Positions 34,159 through 47,490 of a DNA stretch of 64,000 nucleotides are shown one piece after another; positions within the stretch are counted from its first letter, which is position 1; each line of letters opens with the position of its first letter. The position numbers were made by a program, and so were the translations under genes. The stretch comes from Tricharina praecox (lineage: Eukaryota): positions 186,001 to 250,000 of the forward strand of contig NW_026250415.1 of the NCBI RefSeq assembly GCF_024521635.1, read 5' to 3'. A model generated the notes under the pieces. The model did not search any database, had not been told where the DNA came from, and saw only the letters and a program-made list of their open reading frames with translations.

Positions 34159-35815
34159 AAACCCGGCAGCCTGGCTCAGGCTGATGAACCACCAATACCA
34201 AACGGCAGAAAGAGACCTGCGCCAACTTTACCAAGCATGCGATCAGAAGTTCAACGAAGAGGACTCCGGAATGCAGGAAATCAGAAGGAACTACGAACAA
34301 CTCTGCCATGGGGTCAAGTATGTGTACAACTCTACGCTCACAATGCCGAAATGAACACAGAATGGCTTCGAACCGAGCTGTCAACGGTAGCGAACGCGAC
34401 GCACGCCCTGAGCAGCGACGTATGGGCAGTCATTCGAGAACGTAACCAGACAGACGAAGACAACCGCGAGCTGCAAAGCGTTGCAAACGCTCGGCTACAA
34501 GACGCCATCGTGTTCCTCGAAACCGCGCAAGTGGAACAACGCAGGGAGCAAGCGGTGTATAACCGCAACGTGGAAATATGGGCGGGGAAACAGGAAGAGA
34601 AGGCAGAATACCTCTACAAAGAGCAACAGCGAATCAAAGGAAAAATCGCTCGAGCAGAGAAAAAATTTAAGGCTGTAGAGGTAAGGACAGCAAAGGCGAA
34701 GGAAAAGGCCCCAGAGTGGGTAAACACCACACCAAGAGGAGGATCGCGGGCAGAAAGATCAGCAACAAGGGAAACTCCGGCAGGTGCAGGAATGTCCCCT
34801 CCTCCTCCACCCCCAAGACGTCCGGTGACTAACCTTGGAGGTGATCCCTCGGATGAGGAACCATCGGATGATGACAGTTCCATCCCCTTGCCGCGTCGTT
34901 CGCCGCCCCCTCACCGACACGCTCCGCTACCAAGAGAAGACGACGAAGACGAAGAGAGTCGCTTCGCTCGGATCATCGCTGCTGCCGTCTCCGCATCGAA
35001 CCCGAGGGCCATCAAGCTTAAAATGAAAGAGCCCAAGCCGTTCGATGGCAAGCAGAGGACAGCCTTCCGTCCATGGTGGGACTCAGTCGAAGAATATCTT
35101 GAGTTCCACCCAGAGACGAATGGGCAGCAGAAGATAACGTGGGTGGGATCACCACTGGAAGGAACAGCAGCAGGATGGCACCAGGCTCGTCGAAAAAGCT
35201 TAAGGTAGCTACACATCGAAGATACGTGGCAGGCGTACCAAGAGGCACTCAAGGAGGCGTACCGCGACACGCAGGAAGCAGCGCACGCATTAAGAAGGAT
35301 GTGGGCCCTCGAATACAAATGGGACATTCAGGCTTATATGACCTCCTTGCAATCGCTCAACATGGTCGCTCGCGCCACCGTCGAACCGCTACAAGACATA
35401 GTGAACCAGGGCGTGACCACCGACATCCTGGACATGTGCTTTAACCAGCATGCCGAACCCTACGAAGACGATGAAGACTTTCTGGCAACAGTGCTCAGGG
35501 CTGGGAACCATGTGGAACGGCGGGACGCGCTGAAAAAGGCAAGGGCAAGAAGGAAAGTGGATCGGGTAGCCAGGGTTCCGGCAGCGACCGGAAGGGACCT
35601 GGCAACGGCCAGCAGGACCAAGGAAAGGGCAGAGATCCAGGAGGCCGCAAGGAAAGCGGGGAGTCCCCTGAGGGCCGAAAGGCCAAGGAAACAATAGGGG
35701 CCAGGAAGGGGAGAACAACGGAAGGGGACATCTACGCGGGAGCAAAGGAGGCTCTGGTAGGCGTTCCCCAGAAGGAGATCGATGCCCACAAAGCATCCAA
35801 GTGCGACTCTTGGCG
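34159..35815 (+). pseudogene. gag: Old family A copy (O): degenerate gag fragment
   Basis: Collinear with A Gag, with small deletions and an in-frame TAG at 35206-35208. Confidence 0.9.
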
Positions 35816-35881
35816 TGTGAGACTGGAACGATTTCGGTCGTCGGAGTCGATTGATAGAATAGGGTAAGAATGAAGATAGAT
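35816..35881 (-). repeat. Displaced terminal 66 bp of the family C 3' LTR
   Basis: Matches 29218-29283 and ends in TAGAT, the same 5-mer that begins the remainder at 22574. Confidence 0.92.
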
Positions 35882-38800
35882 TGTGACACCCCGATAGGTA
35901 TCGGAGGTCACGACGGTCGCAAGAGATGTGATTAGATAGTTCGGGTGATTATAATAGAGTTGCGAGCCGAATGGATAGTTAGAAGCGATCAAGGACAAGA
36001 TAGGAAGGAGGGAGCAAACGGATTCCAGAGTCTAGACAGTGATCGGAGATGCGGGAGATCGGGATAACAGTCCAGAGGACTTTGAGATCTCCGATCATAG
36101 GGCCCCGCAGTAGGAACTCCGATCCAGGAAAAAACTGTTATGACGAGAGAATCGAACATCGACCGATGGGGGCAGACAACTTCGAGCAAAGAACTCTGCC
36201 GGCGCATGAGGGAGATAATTGCTCGGAAACTCCGATCTATCTTGGGCGCGTGGTGTTTACCACCTGCCTAGTCGAGAAGACTATCCGAAGAGAGCTGACG
36301 GCGACTCAAGGCTAGGCCGCGGAACTCCGATGCAAAGGAAGCAACGGAGCTACGTTAGGCCGCACTCTAGAGGAATCACGTGCTGAGGATCGGGACGACT
36401 ATAAGTCGAACCGAGCGGGCAACCGAACAAACTACAATCATCGCACCGAACAAACCATCGAACAAACACCCTTAAGATTATTCCGTTGTGAATTGTCGAA
36501 ATCCCTGACTTTTATTCTATCCTCGATATCACCATAGACTCCGACGGCACCAACCCGTCCCAGTCTCACACTATAATCTTAAGGTTACAGTCACCGATTT
36601 CTATCGATATGTCCTCCTCAAACCTCGACATGCTCCGCCTCGAACTTCCTCAGACCCTGAGCAATGCGCTCGTTAGCATCCCGCAAGCATCCGAAACCGT
36701 CGAAGTACGAAACCCGGCAGCCTGGCTCAGGCTGATGAACCACCAATACCAAACGGCACAAAGAGACCTGCGCCAGCTTTACCAAGCATGCGATCAGAAG
36801 TTCAACGAAGAGGACTCCCGAATGCAGGAAATCAGAAGGAACTACGAACAACTCTGCGATGGGGTCAAGTATGTGTACAACCTCTACGCTCACAATGCCG
36901 AAATGAATACAGAATGGCTTCGAACCGAGCTGTCAACGGTAGTGAACGTGACGCACGCCCTGAGCAGCGACGTATGGGCAGTCATTCGAGAACGTAACCA
37001 GAAAGACGAAGACAACCGCGAGTTGCAAAGCGTCGCAAACGCTCGGCTAAGGAATGTCCCCTCCTCCTTCACCCCCAAGACGTCCGGTGACTAACCTTGG
37101 AGGTGATCCCTCGGATGATGAACAATCAGATGATGACGGTTCCATCCCCTTGCCGCGTCGTTCGCCGCCCCGTCACCGACACGCTGCGCTACCAAGAGAA
37201 GACGACGAAGACGAAGAGAGTCGCTTCGCTCGGATCATCGCTGCTGCCGTCTCCGCATCGAACCCGAGGGCCATCAAGCTTAAAATGAAAGAGCCCAAGC
37301 CGTTCGATGGCAAGCAAAGAACAGCCTTCCGTCCATGGTGGGACTCAGTTGAAGAGTATCTTGAGTTCCACCCAGAGACAAACGAGCAGCAGAAGATACC
37401 GTGGGTGGGATCCCGACTGGAAGGGACAGCGGCAGAATGGCATCAGGCCCGTCGAAAAAGCCTGAGGCAGCTACACTTGGAAGATACCTGGCAGGCGTAC
37501 CAAGAGGCACTCAAGGAGGCGTACCGCGACACGCAGGAAGGAGCGAACGCATTAAGAAGGATGTGGGCCCTCGAATACAAAGGAGACATTCAGGCTTACA
37601 TGACCTCCTTCCGATCGCTCAACATGATCGCTCGCGCCACCGGCGAACCGCTACAAGACATAGTCAACCAGGCCATGACTACCGACATCGTTGATATGTG
37701 CTTCAACCAGCACACCGAACCCTACGAAGACGATGAAGACTTCCTGGAAACGGTGCTCAGGGCTGGCAACCATGTGGAACGACGGGACGCGCTGAAAAAG
37801 GCAAGGGCAATAAGGAAAGGGGAATCGGGTAGCCAGGGTTCCGGCGGCGACCGGAAGGGACCTGGCAACGGCCGGCAGGGCCAAGGAAAGGGAAGAGACC
37901 CCGGGGGCCGCAAGGAAAGCGGGGAGTCCCCGGAGGGCCGAAAGGCCAAGGAAGCAACAGGAGTCAGGAAGGGAAGGACAAGGGAAGGGGACATCTACGC
38001 AGGAGCAAAGGAGGCTCTGGTAGGGGTTCCCCAGAAGGAGATCGATGCCCACAAAGCATCCAAGTGCGACTGTTGGCGTTGCGGACGAGACGGCCACCGA
38101 ACCTTCCAATGCTACGCCAGAAAAACAGTCGCGGGTACCGAACTCCCCGAAAGTCCAAAGGTGTCATCCGTGACAAAGAGAAAGCGGGACACCCAGGATG
38201 CCGAACCCACTCGACCGAGGTCCAAGCAACACAAGGCTGCGGCGGTTGTGGTGGAGGATGAAGCAATGACGGAGGCCCCTCCATTCTGGGAAAGGAATGA
38301 GAGTGAGCCGGAGGATTTTTGAGCGGCCCCAGCACTCCGCAGACTGGACGGCCAAGTGTATATGTTTGCGGAACGAAGAGACCACGGCCTCAGGATATCG
38401 ACAGCGAATCCAGAGATAAGCGAAGACGGACGGACCGACCTATTTCTACGAGTCCAACCGCGCCGAGCGCCTCAGGGTGTGAGCCCCCAAAACCTGTCAG
38501 CGGACCACGACCAATCATAGAAATGGTGCTCCTCTGGTCTGAGCACAAGCAACGACGGATCCGAGTACTCCTCGACACAGGATGTGCCATTCCGATCATC
38601 AAACGAAGCCTTGCACGAGAACTTGGGTTGCCCCTCATTCAACGACCTAAGCCGGTGGAAATCAAGGACTTCCACGGAACCATAGTGGAAGGAGCCGGGG
38701 AATATTATACAATGCCGATGCTCCTTCAACACCGGAGGCACTACACCAACGAAACCTTCGAAGTGGCTCCCTTGGACGACTGCGATGCCTACCTCCCGCA

Positions 38801-41800
38801 TTGGTGAGTGGCTAAGCATGAACCGACAGGGTTGTGGGAGAATGAAGCACAGAAAATTCGCTTCACCAGCACCCGATGCAAGGAACAATGCACCTTGCAA
38901 CAAGCAACCAGCTTTCCGATGGAACTTGACACGTCTGTCGTTCACAATTCGGAGGCTCGCATTATCGGATACGTCTCAGCCGGCCCGGAATCAGATCCAC
39001 CCATAAATCTGCTTCCGGAGAAGTTCAGACGATATGCCAACATCATGAGCAAGGAAGCAGCTGATAAGCTTCCCGACCACAAGTCCTACGACCACGCAAT
39101 CGATCTCAAGGAAGGAGAGACTCCTCCATGGGGTCCTATCTATGCGCTGTCAGAGAAAGAACTTGAGGCCCTCAGAGAGTGGCTCAAGGAGATGCTCCAG
39201 ACAGGCAAGATTCGAAGATCCAAATCACCAGCCGGGGCGCCGATATTATTTGTACCAAAGGCGCACGGCAGGGGTCTCCGATTGTGTGTCGACTATCGCG
39301 GTATCAACAAGATTACCGTAGCCAATCGCTACCCACTCCCGATCATGGCAGAGTTGCAAGACCGAGTCAGGGGTGCGAAAGTCTTCACCAAGATTGATCT
39401 GAAGAATGGCTATCACCTTATCCGCATCAAAGAAGGTGACGAGTGGAAGACGGCTTTCCGCTGTCGATACGGACTGTTTGAGTTTTTGGTCATGCCGTTT
39501 GGGCTGACCAACGCTCCAGCGACGTTTCAGGACATGATTAACCACATATTTCGGGATATGTTGGACCTGGGACTGGTCGCGTACATCGATGACCTCCTCA
39601 TCTATGCGAAGACGCACGAGGAGCATGACAAGATAGTCATCGAGGTACTAAAAAGGTTGGAAGAAAATAAGTTGGCAATCTCACCAGAGAAGTGTGTCTG
39701 GTCGACAGGGAGAGTCGAGTTCCTAGGATACGTGATATCCCAAGATGGAATTGAGATGGCTAAGGACAAGGTGGAATCTGTGCTCTCATGGGAGGCGCCG
39801 CGGTCCCTGAAGGAAGTACAAGCCTTTCTTGGGTTCGCCAATTTTTACAGGCGCTTCATCAAGGATTTCTCAAAGATCACGAGACCCTTGACCGAGAGCA
39901 CAAAAGAAAAAGGGAAAGATTGGAGATGGACAGGGGAGATGGAACTGGCCTTCGAGGAGCTGAAGTCTAGGTTCACCACGGCACCGATTCTCGGGCACTT
40001 CAACCCAGAATTACCTGTCGTGGTGGAATCCGACGCTTCGGACTTCGCGTTGGGCGCGGTCCTGTCTCAAAGGGCAGAAGATGGGAAGTTACACCCGGTT
40101 GCATTCCACTCAAGAAAGTTTACCCCAGCCGAAATCAACTTCGAGATTCACGATAAGGAACTACTCGCGATAGTAGACTCTTTCAAACGCTGGCGGCAAT
40201 ACCTCGAGGGAGCAAAACACCAGATCCAGGTGTACAGCGACCAACAGAACCTTGAGTACTTCACAACTACGAAAGTACTCAATCGACGGCAAATGAGATG
40301 GGCACAAGAACTCGCTGGCATCGACTTCAAATTCTACTACCGGCCCGGCAGCCAGAACGGCAAGCCTGACGCATTATCCAGGCGCCCGGAGTACCGCCCT
40401 GAAAAAGGGGGGGGTGAAGATCAGCCGATTACGACGATCCTGCATAAATCACACTTTGCAGGCGACGGTTCGAGAGTTTCATCAATCAGCACCGGAGGCG
40501 AGAGCACCGTGTTCCTGGTCTCGTCAACTCGGCTACAATCAATTCCCGTACCAAAGTGGAATGAAGAATTTCTGGGTTGGGTCAGGAAGGCAGGAAAGGA
40601 AGATGCTGGGTATCAGGAGGCTCTGAGTAGCATCAAGGACACTAACAAGGACGCGGCTCAGAAGGACACTGAGTCGGAGGGCCGAAAAGCCTGGGAACTG
40701 GCCGCCGAGAGTAGGGACTCCGGCAGGATGGGTCGAAAGGCCAGGATTTTGAGGATGGAAGAGGGGTGACTGTATAGGAAAGAAAGGCTATGGGTACCAG
40801 ACGACAAGGAACTCGTCAGACACATCCTCGAGTCGGAACACGATACGAAAGTCGTGGGGCATATGGGCCAGGACAAAACTATCGAACTTATCCGGCGCAA
40901 TTTCTGGTGGCCAAAGATGGACGAGCAGATTATAGACTTCGTCCGGAGTTGCGCGCAGTGTCAGAAGGACAAAGCAACAAGGCACCAGCCGTATGGACTA
41001 CTCAATCCCCTCGAGTTACCATACACCCCATGGCAATCAATAGCCATGGACTTCATTACCGACCTACCGGAATCCAACGGATGCGACCAGCTATGGGTAG
41101 TCATCGGCCGCTTCACCAAGATGGCGCATTTCATCCCCCTACCTAAGGATGGAAAGATAGCCGAGGATCGCGCGAACATTTTTGCCCGTGAGATATGGCG
41201 CTTTCACGGATTACCAGCAGACATAGTGTCGGATTGAGACTCACGGTTTACCTTGGGTACATGGAAAGAATTCAACCAGCTACTAGGCATTAAGCCCCGG
41301 ATGTCAACAGCGTTCCACCCACAGACGGATGGACAAACGGAACGCCTCAACCAGACGATGGAAGCATACCTCCGCTCCTTCGTCAACTACGAGCAGAACG
41401 ATTGGGTGAATCTTCTACCGATGGCTGAGTTTGCCTACAACAACTCGGTTACATCGGCAACCGGAATGTCGCCATTCTATGCGAATTTCGGATACCACCC
41501 TTCGGCGACAAACCCTGCTGCGGCAAATTCTCTCAACCCCGCCAGCAAGGTCTACGCTCACTGGATGCATACAGTCCACGAGGAAAACATCAAGACCCTC
41601 GAACGAACGCGCGAACGAATGCGCAAGTATGCAGATCAACTTCGTCAGGAGGCACCGGCTTATCAAGTAGGAGACTTGGTAATGCTCAATGGGCGGAACA
41701 TTCAAACCCGCCGACCCTCGCGGAAGTTGGACCACAAGAACCATGGTCCCTTCCAAATCGAGAAGATCGTATCGCCGCTCGCTGTCAAGCTCACTCTGCC

Positions 41801-42959
41801 AAGGAAGTGGAAGATTCATAATGTCTTTCACGTCTCGCTCGTTGAACCGTTCCGAGCCGGCACCCGAGCACCACCGGATCCCTCTCAGGTTTTACGAGAG
41901 GCCGACGATGTGGAAGGCAACGAAGAATACGACGTCGACGAGGTTATGGGCAGCTCCAAGAAAGGTCGACGAGTGCTCTACCTCGTCAAATGGCTCAACT
42001 ACCCCGAACGACGGGACTGGACGAACGAGCCATTCGACAACTTCTCAGTAGGCGGTCGGGAAAAGCTACGCGAGTTTCATCGCAAAAATCCCGATGCGCC
42101 GAGGGACTACCGGCTCACAGATGAGTAAGAGTTTTTTCCCATGTGGTTTTCCTCGAACTCGGGCAGGTAGTAGGATGAAGGGGTTGGAGGACTTCATCCA
42201 CAGTTATCAAGTTAGGATAAAGGCGAGGACTTGGGTGCTTCGGGCCGAAGCCTCGTGGGAGGGGAGATGGTGTGACACCCCGATAGGTATCGGAGGTCAC
42301 GACGGTCGCAAGAGATGTGATTCGATAGTACGGGTGATTAGAATAGAGTTGCGAGCGGAAAGGATAGTTAGACGCGATCAAGGACAAGATAGGAAGGAGG
42401 GAGCAAACGGATTCCAGAGTCTACACAGTAATCGGAGATGCGGGTGATCGGGATAACAGTCCAGAGGACTCTGAGATCTTCGTTCATAGGGCCCCGCAGT
42501 AGGAACTCCGATCCAGGGAAAAACTGTTATGACGAGAGAATCGAACATCAACCGATGGGGGCAGACAACTTCAAGCGAAGAATTCTGCCGGCGCATGAGG
42601 GAAATAATTGCTCGGAAACTCCGATCTATCTTGGGCGCGTGGTGTTTACCACCTGCCTAGTCGAGAAGACTATCCGAAGAGAGCTGACGACGACTCAAGG
42701 CTAGGCCGCGGAACTCCGATGCAAAGGAAGCAACGGAGCTACGTTAGGCCGCACTCTAGAGAAATCACGTGCTGAGGATCGGAACGACTATAAGTCGAAC
42801 CGAGCGAGCAACCGAACCAAATAATCATCATCGCAGCGAACAAACCATCGAACAAACACCCTTAAGATAATCCGTTGTGAATTATCGAAATCCCTGACTT
42901 TTATTCTACACTCGATATTACCATAGACTTCGACGACCCGAACTCGTTCCAGTCTCACA
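35882..42959 (+). mobile_element. Family A copy A3, full length but defective (LTRs 35882-36570 and 42271-42959)
   Basis: gag 36609-38322 has a 290-bp frameshifting deletion near 37049; pol 38319-42128 has stops at 38805, 40767 and 41235; flanks TAGAT / GTCAG do not match. Confidence 0.94.
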
Positions 42960-45900
42960 GTCAGGAATGGTTGTGGAAGAATCATCAATGGAAGGAAAAC
43001 ATCTTGTTGTATTGTGTAACCTTTCGTTTGGTGACACAACTATTGCCACGCATGCGCTGATCGACTGTGGGGCAACCGGAATTGCATTTGTAGACAAAGA
43101 CTTCGCCAGCCATCACCACCTACCCCTCGTACCCCTGAAATCCCCGCGAAGTCTCGAAGTTATTGATGGTCGTCCCATCGAGTCAGGCGACATCACACAT
43201 GTTGCCACCACCACCCTGTCCATACAGGAACACCACGAAGAAATCCCTATGTTTGTCACCAAACTAGGCCATTACCCGGTTGTACTCGGAATCCCCTGGA
43301 TGGACCTCCGCGATGTGGCCATCCGGTTCAGCTCCCGAACCCTCACCTTTGGCTCCCAATACTGTACAGCCAACTGCAATGCAGTGCCCACAGTTGCACA
43401 TGGAATCACCACCGACCCACCTGGCGTATCTACCTATGCTCTCGCGTCAAAAGCAGCTCAGGAAGAGCCAGCGGTAAGCGCGGGGGCCGGCGACATCGTG
43501 GCCCGCTACATTACGTCTCCCCCAAGGAAGAATCACAAAGAATGCACCAACCTTTCAAGGGAAAGGACAGTCAGAATCTCAGCCTTACAGATGGAGTCAT
43601 TCCAAGAACTGGTCAACAAGGAAAGCCTCACAATTTTCAACACCACCCTTGCCGAGGTCAACGGCACACTGGAAGGAAACAAGGACCCCACGGCACATAT
43701 CCCTCACGAATCTCACGGGTTCCTGCCGCTGTTCTCTGAAGCCCTCGCCCAGAACTTGCCCCCGCACCGGCACTACGACCATAAGATCCCCCTCAAGGAG
43801 GGATTTACGCCCCCATACGGACCACTGTACTCACTTTCGAAAACGGAGCTTGTCGCACTGAAGGAATGGCTTGACGACAACCTTAGCAAAGGTTTCATCC
43901 GTGCCTCTTCCTCTCCAGCAGCATCGCCAATCCTGTTTGTCAAGAAATCGGACGGCTCCCTACGCCTGTGTGTGGATTACAGGGGCCTGAACGAAGGAAC
44001 AATCAAGAACAGGTACCCACTCCCACTCCTCCAACAAACTCTGATGCGGCTATCCGGGGCGAAATACTTCACCACCCTGGATATCCGCGGTGCCTACAAC
44101 CTTGTGCGGATGGCGGAAGGAGAAGAGTGGAAAACTGCCTTCCGGACACGCTACGGGCTCTTCGAATCCCTCGTCACGCCCTTCGGCCTCACCAACGCCC
44201 CTGCCGACTTCCAAGCTCTGATCAACGATGTGCTACGCCCGTTCCTCGACGACTTCTGTACCGCATTCATCGATGACGTCTTCATTTACAGCGGATCCTT
44301 AGATGAACACCGGAAACATGTCAGGAAAGTACTTCAGGCCTTATCAGCAGCCGGTCTACATCTCAAACCCGAAAAATGTCATTTCCACCAGACAGAGGTC
44401 AAGTATTTGGGACTGATCATTACAACAAACGGGATCAAGATGGACCCAGCGAAAGTCTCCTGCATACTGGAATGGGAGGAGCCGAGTACCGTCACCGATG
44501 TGCAATGCTTTCTGGGATTTGCGAACTTCTACCGGCGATTCATCCAAGACTATTCCAAGGTGGTATCCCCATTGACAGCATTGACCAAGAAGGAGGATGG
44601 AAAGTATTTTCCCTTCGTGTGGGGACCGGAACAGCAGAAAGCATTCGACAAACTAAAAACAGCATTCACCTCGGCCCCGATCCTCCGGCACTTCGACTAC
44701 AATCGGCAGATAGTGGTGGAAACTGACGCCTCCGACTACGTCTCTGCCGGAGTCCTATCTCAGTACGACGACGAGGGAATCCTATACCCAGTGGCATTCT
44801 ATTCCAAGAAACACTCCCCGGCAGAGTGCAACTACGAGATCTATGACAAAGAACTCCTTGCAATCATCCCCGCCTTTGAGGAGTGGAGACCACATCTGGA
44901 GGGCGCTCCTCACCACATCCAAGTCCTAAGCGACCACAAGAATCTGGAGTATTTCATGACAACGAAACTACTCAACCGACGACAAGCGCGATGGTCAGAG
45001 TTCCTCTCCTGTTTCCATTTCAAGATTGTCTACCGACCAGGCAAAGCGGGAGGAAAACCGGATGCAATGACCAGGAGGTCAGGAGACCTCCCTAAAGAAG
45101 GGGATGAAAGATTGCTTGCCAACCAGCAGGCAGTCCTGAAACCGGACAACCTACCGGAAGACCTCCGGTTGCCAGCAACCAACACAGCCGAACAAGATCG
45201 TCCCCTCCTCACGTCACTGATAACAGAAGGATACGACATAGACCCCGTCCCGACTCGAATCCTCGAGCTACTCCGAAATGGTACACGCCACACGAAGGAG
45301 ATCTCCTTGGCCGAATGTCGTGCAGTCAACGGGCAACTGATCTACCGAGACTGCCTCTATGTTCCAGAGTATGACCGACTCCGACTACGACTGATCCAGG
45401 ACCACCACGACCCACCGACCATGGGGCACCCAGGGCGCGCGAAAACCCTGGAACTACTTGCTCGAAGGTACTACTGGCCACAGATGCGAAAGGACGTCGA
45501 CCAGTTTGTCCGAAACTGCCACACCTGCCGACGAACCAAGGCCACCCGGCACGCACCCTATGGTGTCCTGCGCCCCCTCCGAGTACCCGAGAAGCCATGG
45601 CAACACATCTCAGTCGACTTTGTCACTGGCTTACCGGCCTCAAAGGGGTTTGACGCCATCTGTGGTTTTGTTGACCGACTGACCAAGCAACTCATCTCCT
45701 ACCATGCACCACGACCATCACCTCGGAAGGACTGGCCGAGCTGTTCTGCGACCGGATTTTCAGGTACCACGGGTTGCCAGAAACCATCGTCTCGGATAGG
45801 GGTCCCCAGTTTGCCTTGAGATTCTGGAAACACCTATGCTCATGCCTCAGGATTGAGCCACGCCTGTCGACTGCCTTCCACCCCCAGACCGACGGCCAAA

Positions 45901-47490
45901 CCGAACGGATGAACGCCGTCATGGAACAGCACCTCCGCGCGTGCGTCAGCTACCTCCAGGATGACTGGGTCGACTACCTGTTCTTGGCCGAATTCGCTGG
46001 CAACAACCAGGTCTCCGGCACGACTACCCTTTCCCCATTCTGTGTTAACCTAGGATACCACCCACGGTGTGACTTTGAGCTGGATATCCGTGTCGACACC
46101 AAGGAGGAACATCAAGCTCAGACTGCAGCGGAACGGTTACATCAAATCCACGACGTCGCCCGCAGTCAAATGCGGTATGCCCAGGCACGGCAACAGGACG
46201 ACTCTGACCGACACCGAACCCCTGCGCCAGCCTTCCAACCAGACGACATGGTATGGGTGGATGGTCGGAACTGGCGCACCGAGAGACCCAGTCGCAAGCT
46301 GGAAAACAAACACCATGGTGCCTACCGCGTGATTCGGACAATCGGAACCCACGCCTACGAATTGGACATCCCGGACACCGTTCAGAAGCACCGAGCATTT
46401 CCTGTATCCCTCCTTCATGCCTCCGCTGACGATCCTTTCCCTGGACAAATTGCACCGCCACCACTTCCGGTAATCGTGGACGACCAAGAAGAATGGGAGG
46501 TTGAAGAGGTCCTCGACAGCCGGAACCTCAGGGGCAAACTCCAGTACTTGGTGAAATGGAGAGGCTACGCGGCACCAACATGGGAACCAGAGGAGAACCT
46601 TACTGAGGTACAAGCTGTGGACGACTTCCATCGACGATACCCCATGCAGCCTGAACCAGTCGAACTTGCTCCCGTGGGAACTCGAGCCTTAGGAGGGACT
46701 ACTGTCACGGCTCGTGACGGAATGACGAAGGGAGGGTCGGCACAAGGATCGGGAGAGTTGGGGGGCAGTGCAGAGGCAGTGCACCGGCAGTGCAAGGATG
46801 AGTCGCAGAGGATTCGGGGCTGTGTGCAGGGAGCAGGGATAGCGCAGTAATGAGTCGCAGGAGATTGGGGCTGTGTGCAGGAAGCAGGGGTAGTGCAGCT
46901 GCGCAGGGTATGAGTCACGGAAGTGGGGTACTGTCACGGGTCGCGACGGAATGACGAAGGGAGGGTCGGCACAAGGATCGGGAGAGTTGGGGGGCAGTGC
47001 AGAGGCAGTGCACCGGCAGTGCAAGGATGAGTCGCAGAGGATTTGGGGCTGTGTGCAGGGAGCAGGGATAGCGCAGTAATGAGTCGCAGGATATTGGGGC
47101 TGTGTGCAGGAAGCAGGGGTAGTGCGGCTGCGCAGGGTGTGAGTCACGGAAGTGGGGTACTGGCAAGGTGGATTTCTCAGGGTCTGGCACACGCCCACGG
47201 TCATTGTCAGGTTGCGGGAAGAAGTGGAGGATTTTCTATATAAACGGGCCGTTGCCCCTCTGTATTTAGTTCTTCACGCAACAACTTGTTAATTCAATCA
47301 CTGTTACCTCTGTCCTTGCCTCGGCTGCCGTCTGCGCCGTAGTCCTTGTCCCTGCCTCTGTTCTCAGTTGCCGTCTGCATTGAGGCCTGCCTCACCTTGT
47401 CTCCTGTACCTGTCTTGCCCCTACCGAACCCAGAACCCGATCCCCAGCCCGGCTTCGCTACCTGGAGCCTTGCCCGACCGTGGCGTTACA
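42960..47490 (+). mobile_element. Family B copy B2, 5'-truncated: pol (frameshift near 45690) and a 3' LTR with a duplicated first 229 bp (46703-46931, then the full LTR 46932-47490)
   Basis: Near-identical to B1 from 11531 onward; ORFs 42967-45819 and 45774-46850. Confidence 0.93.
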
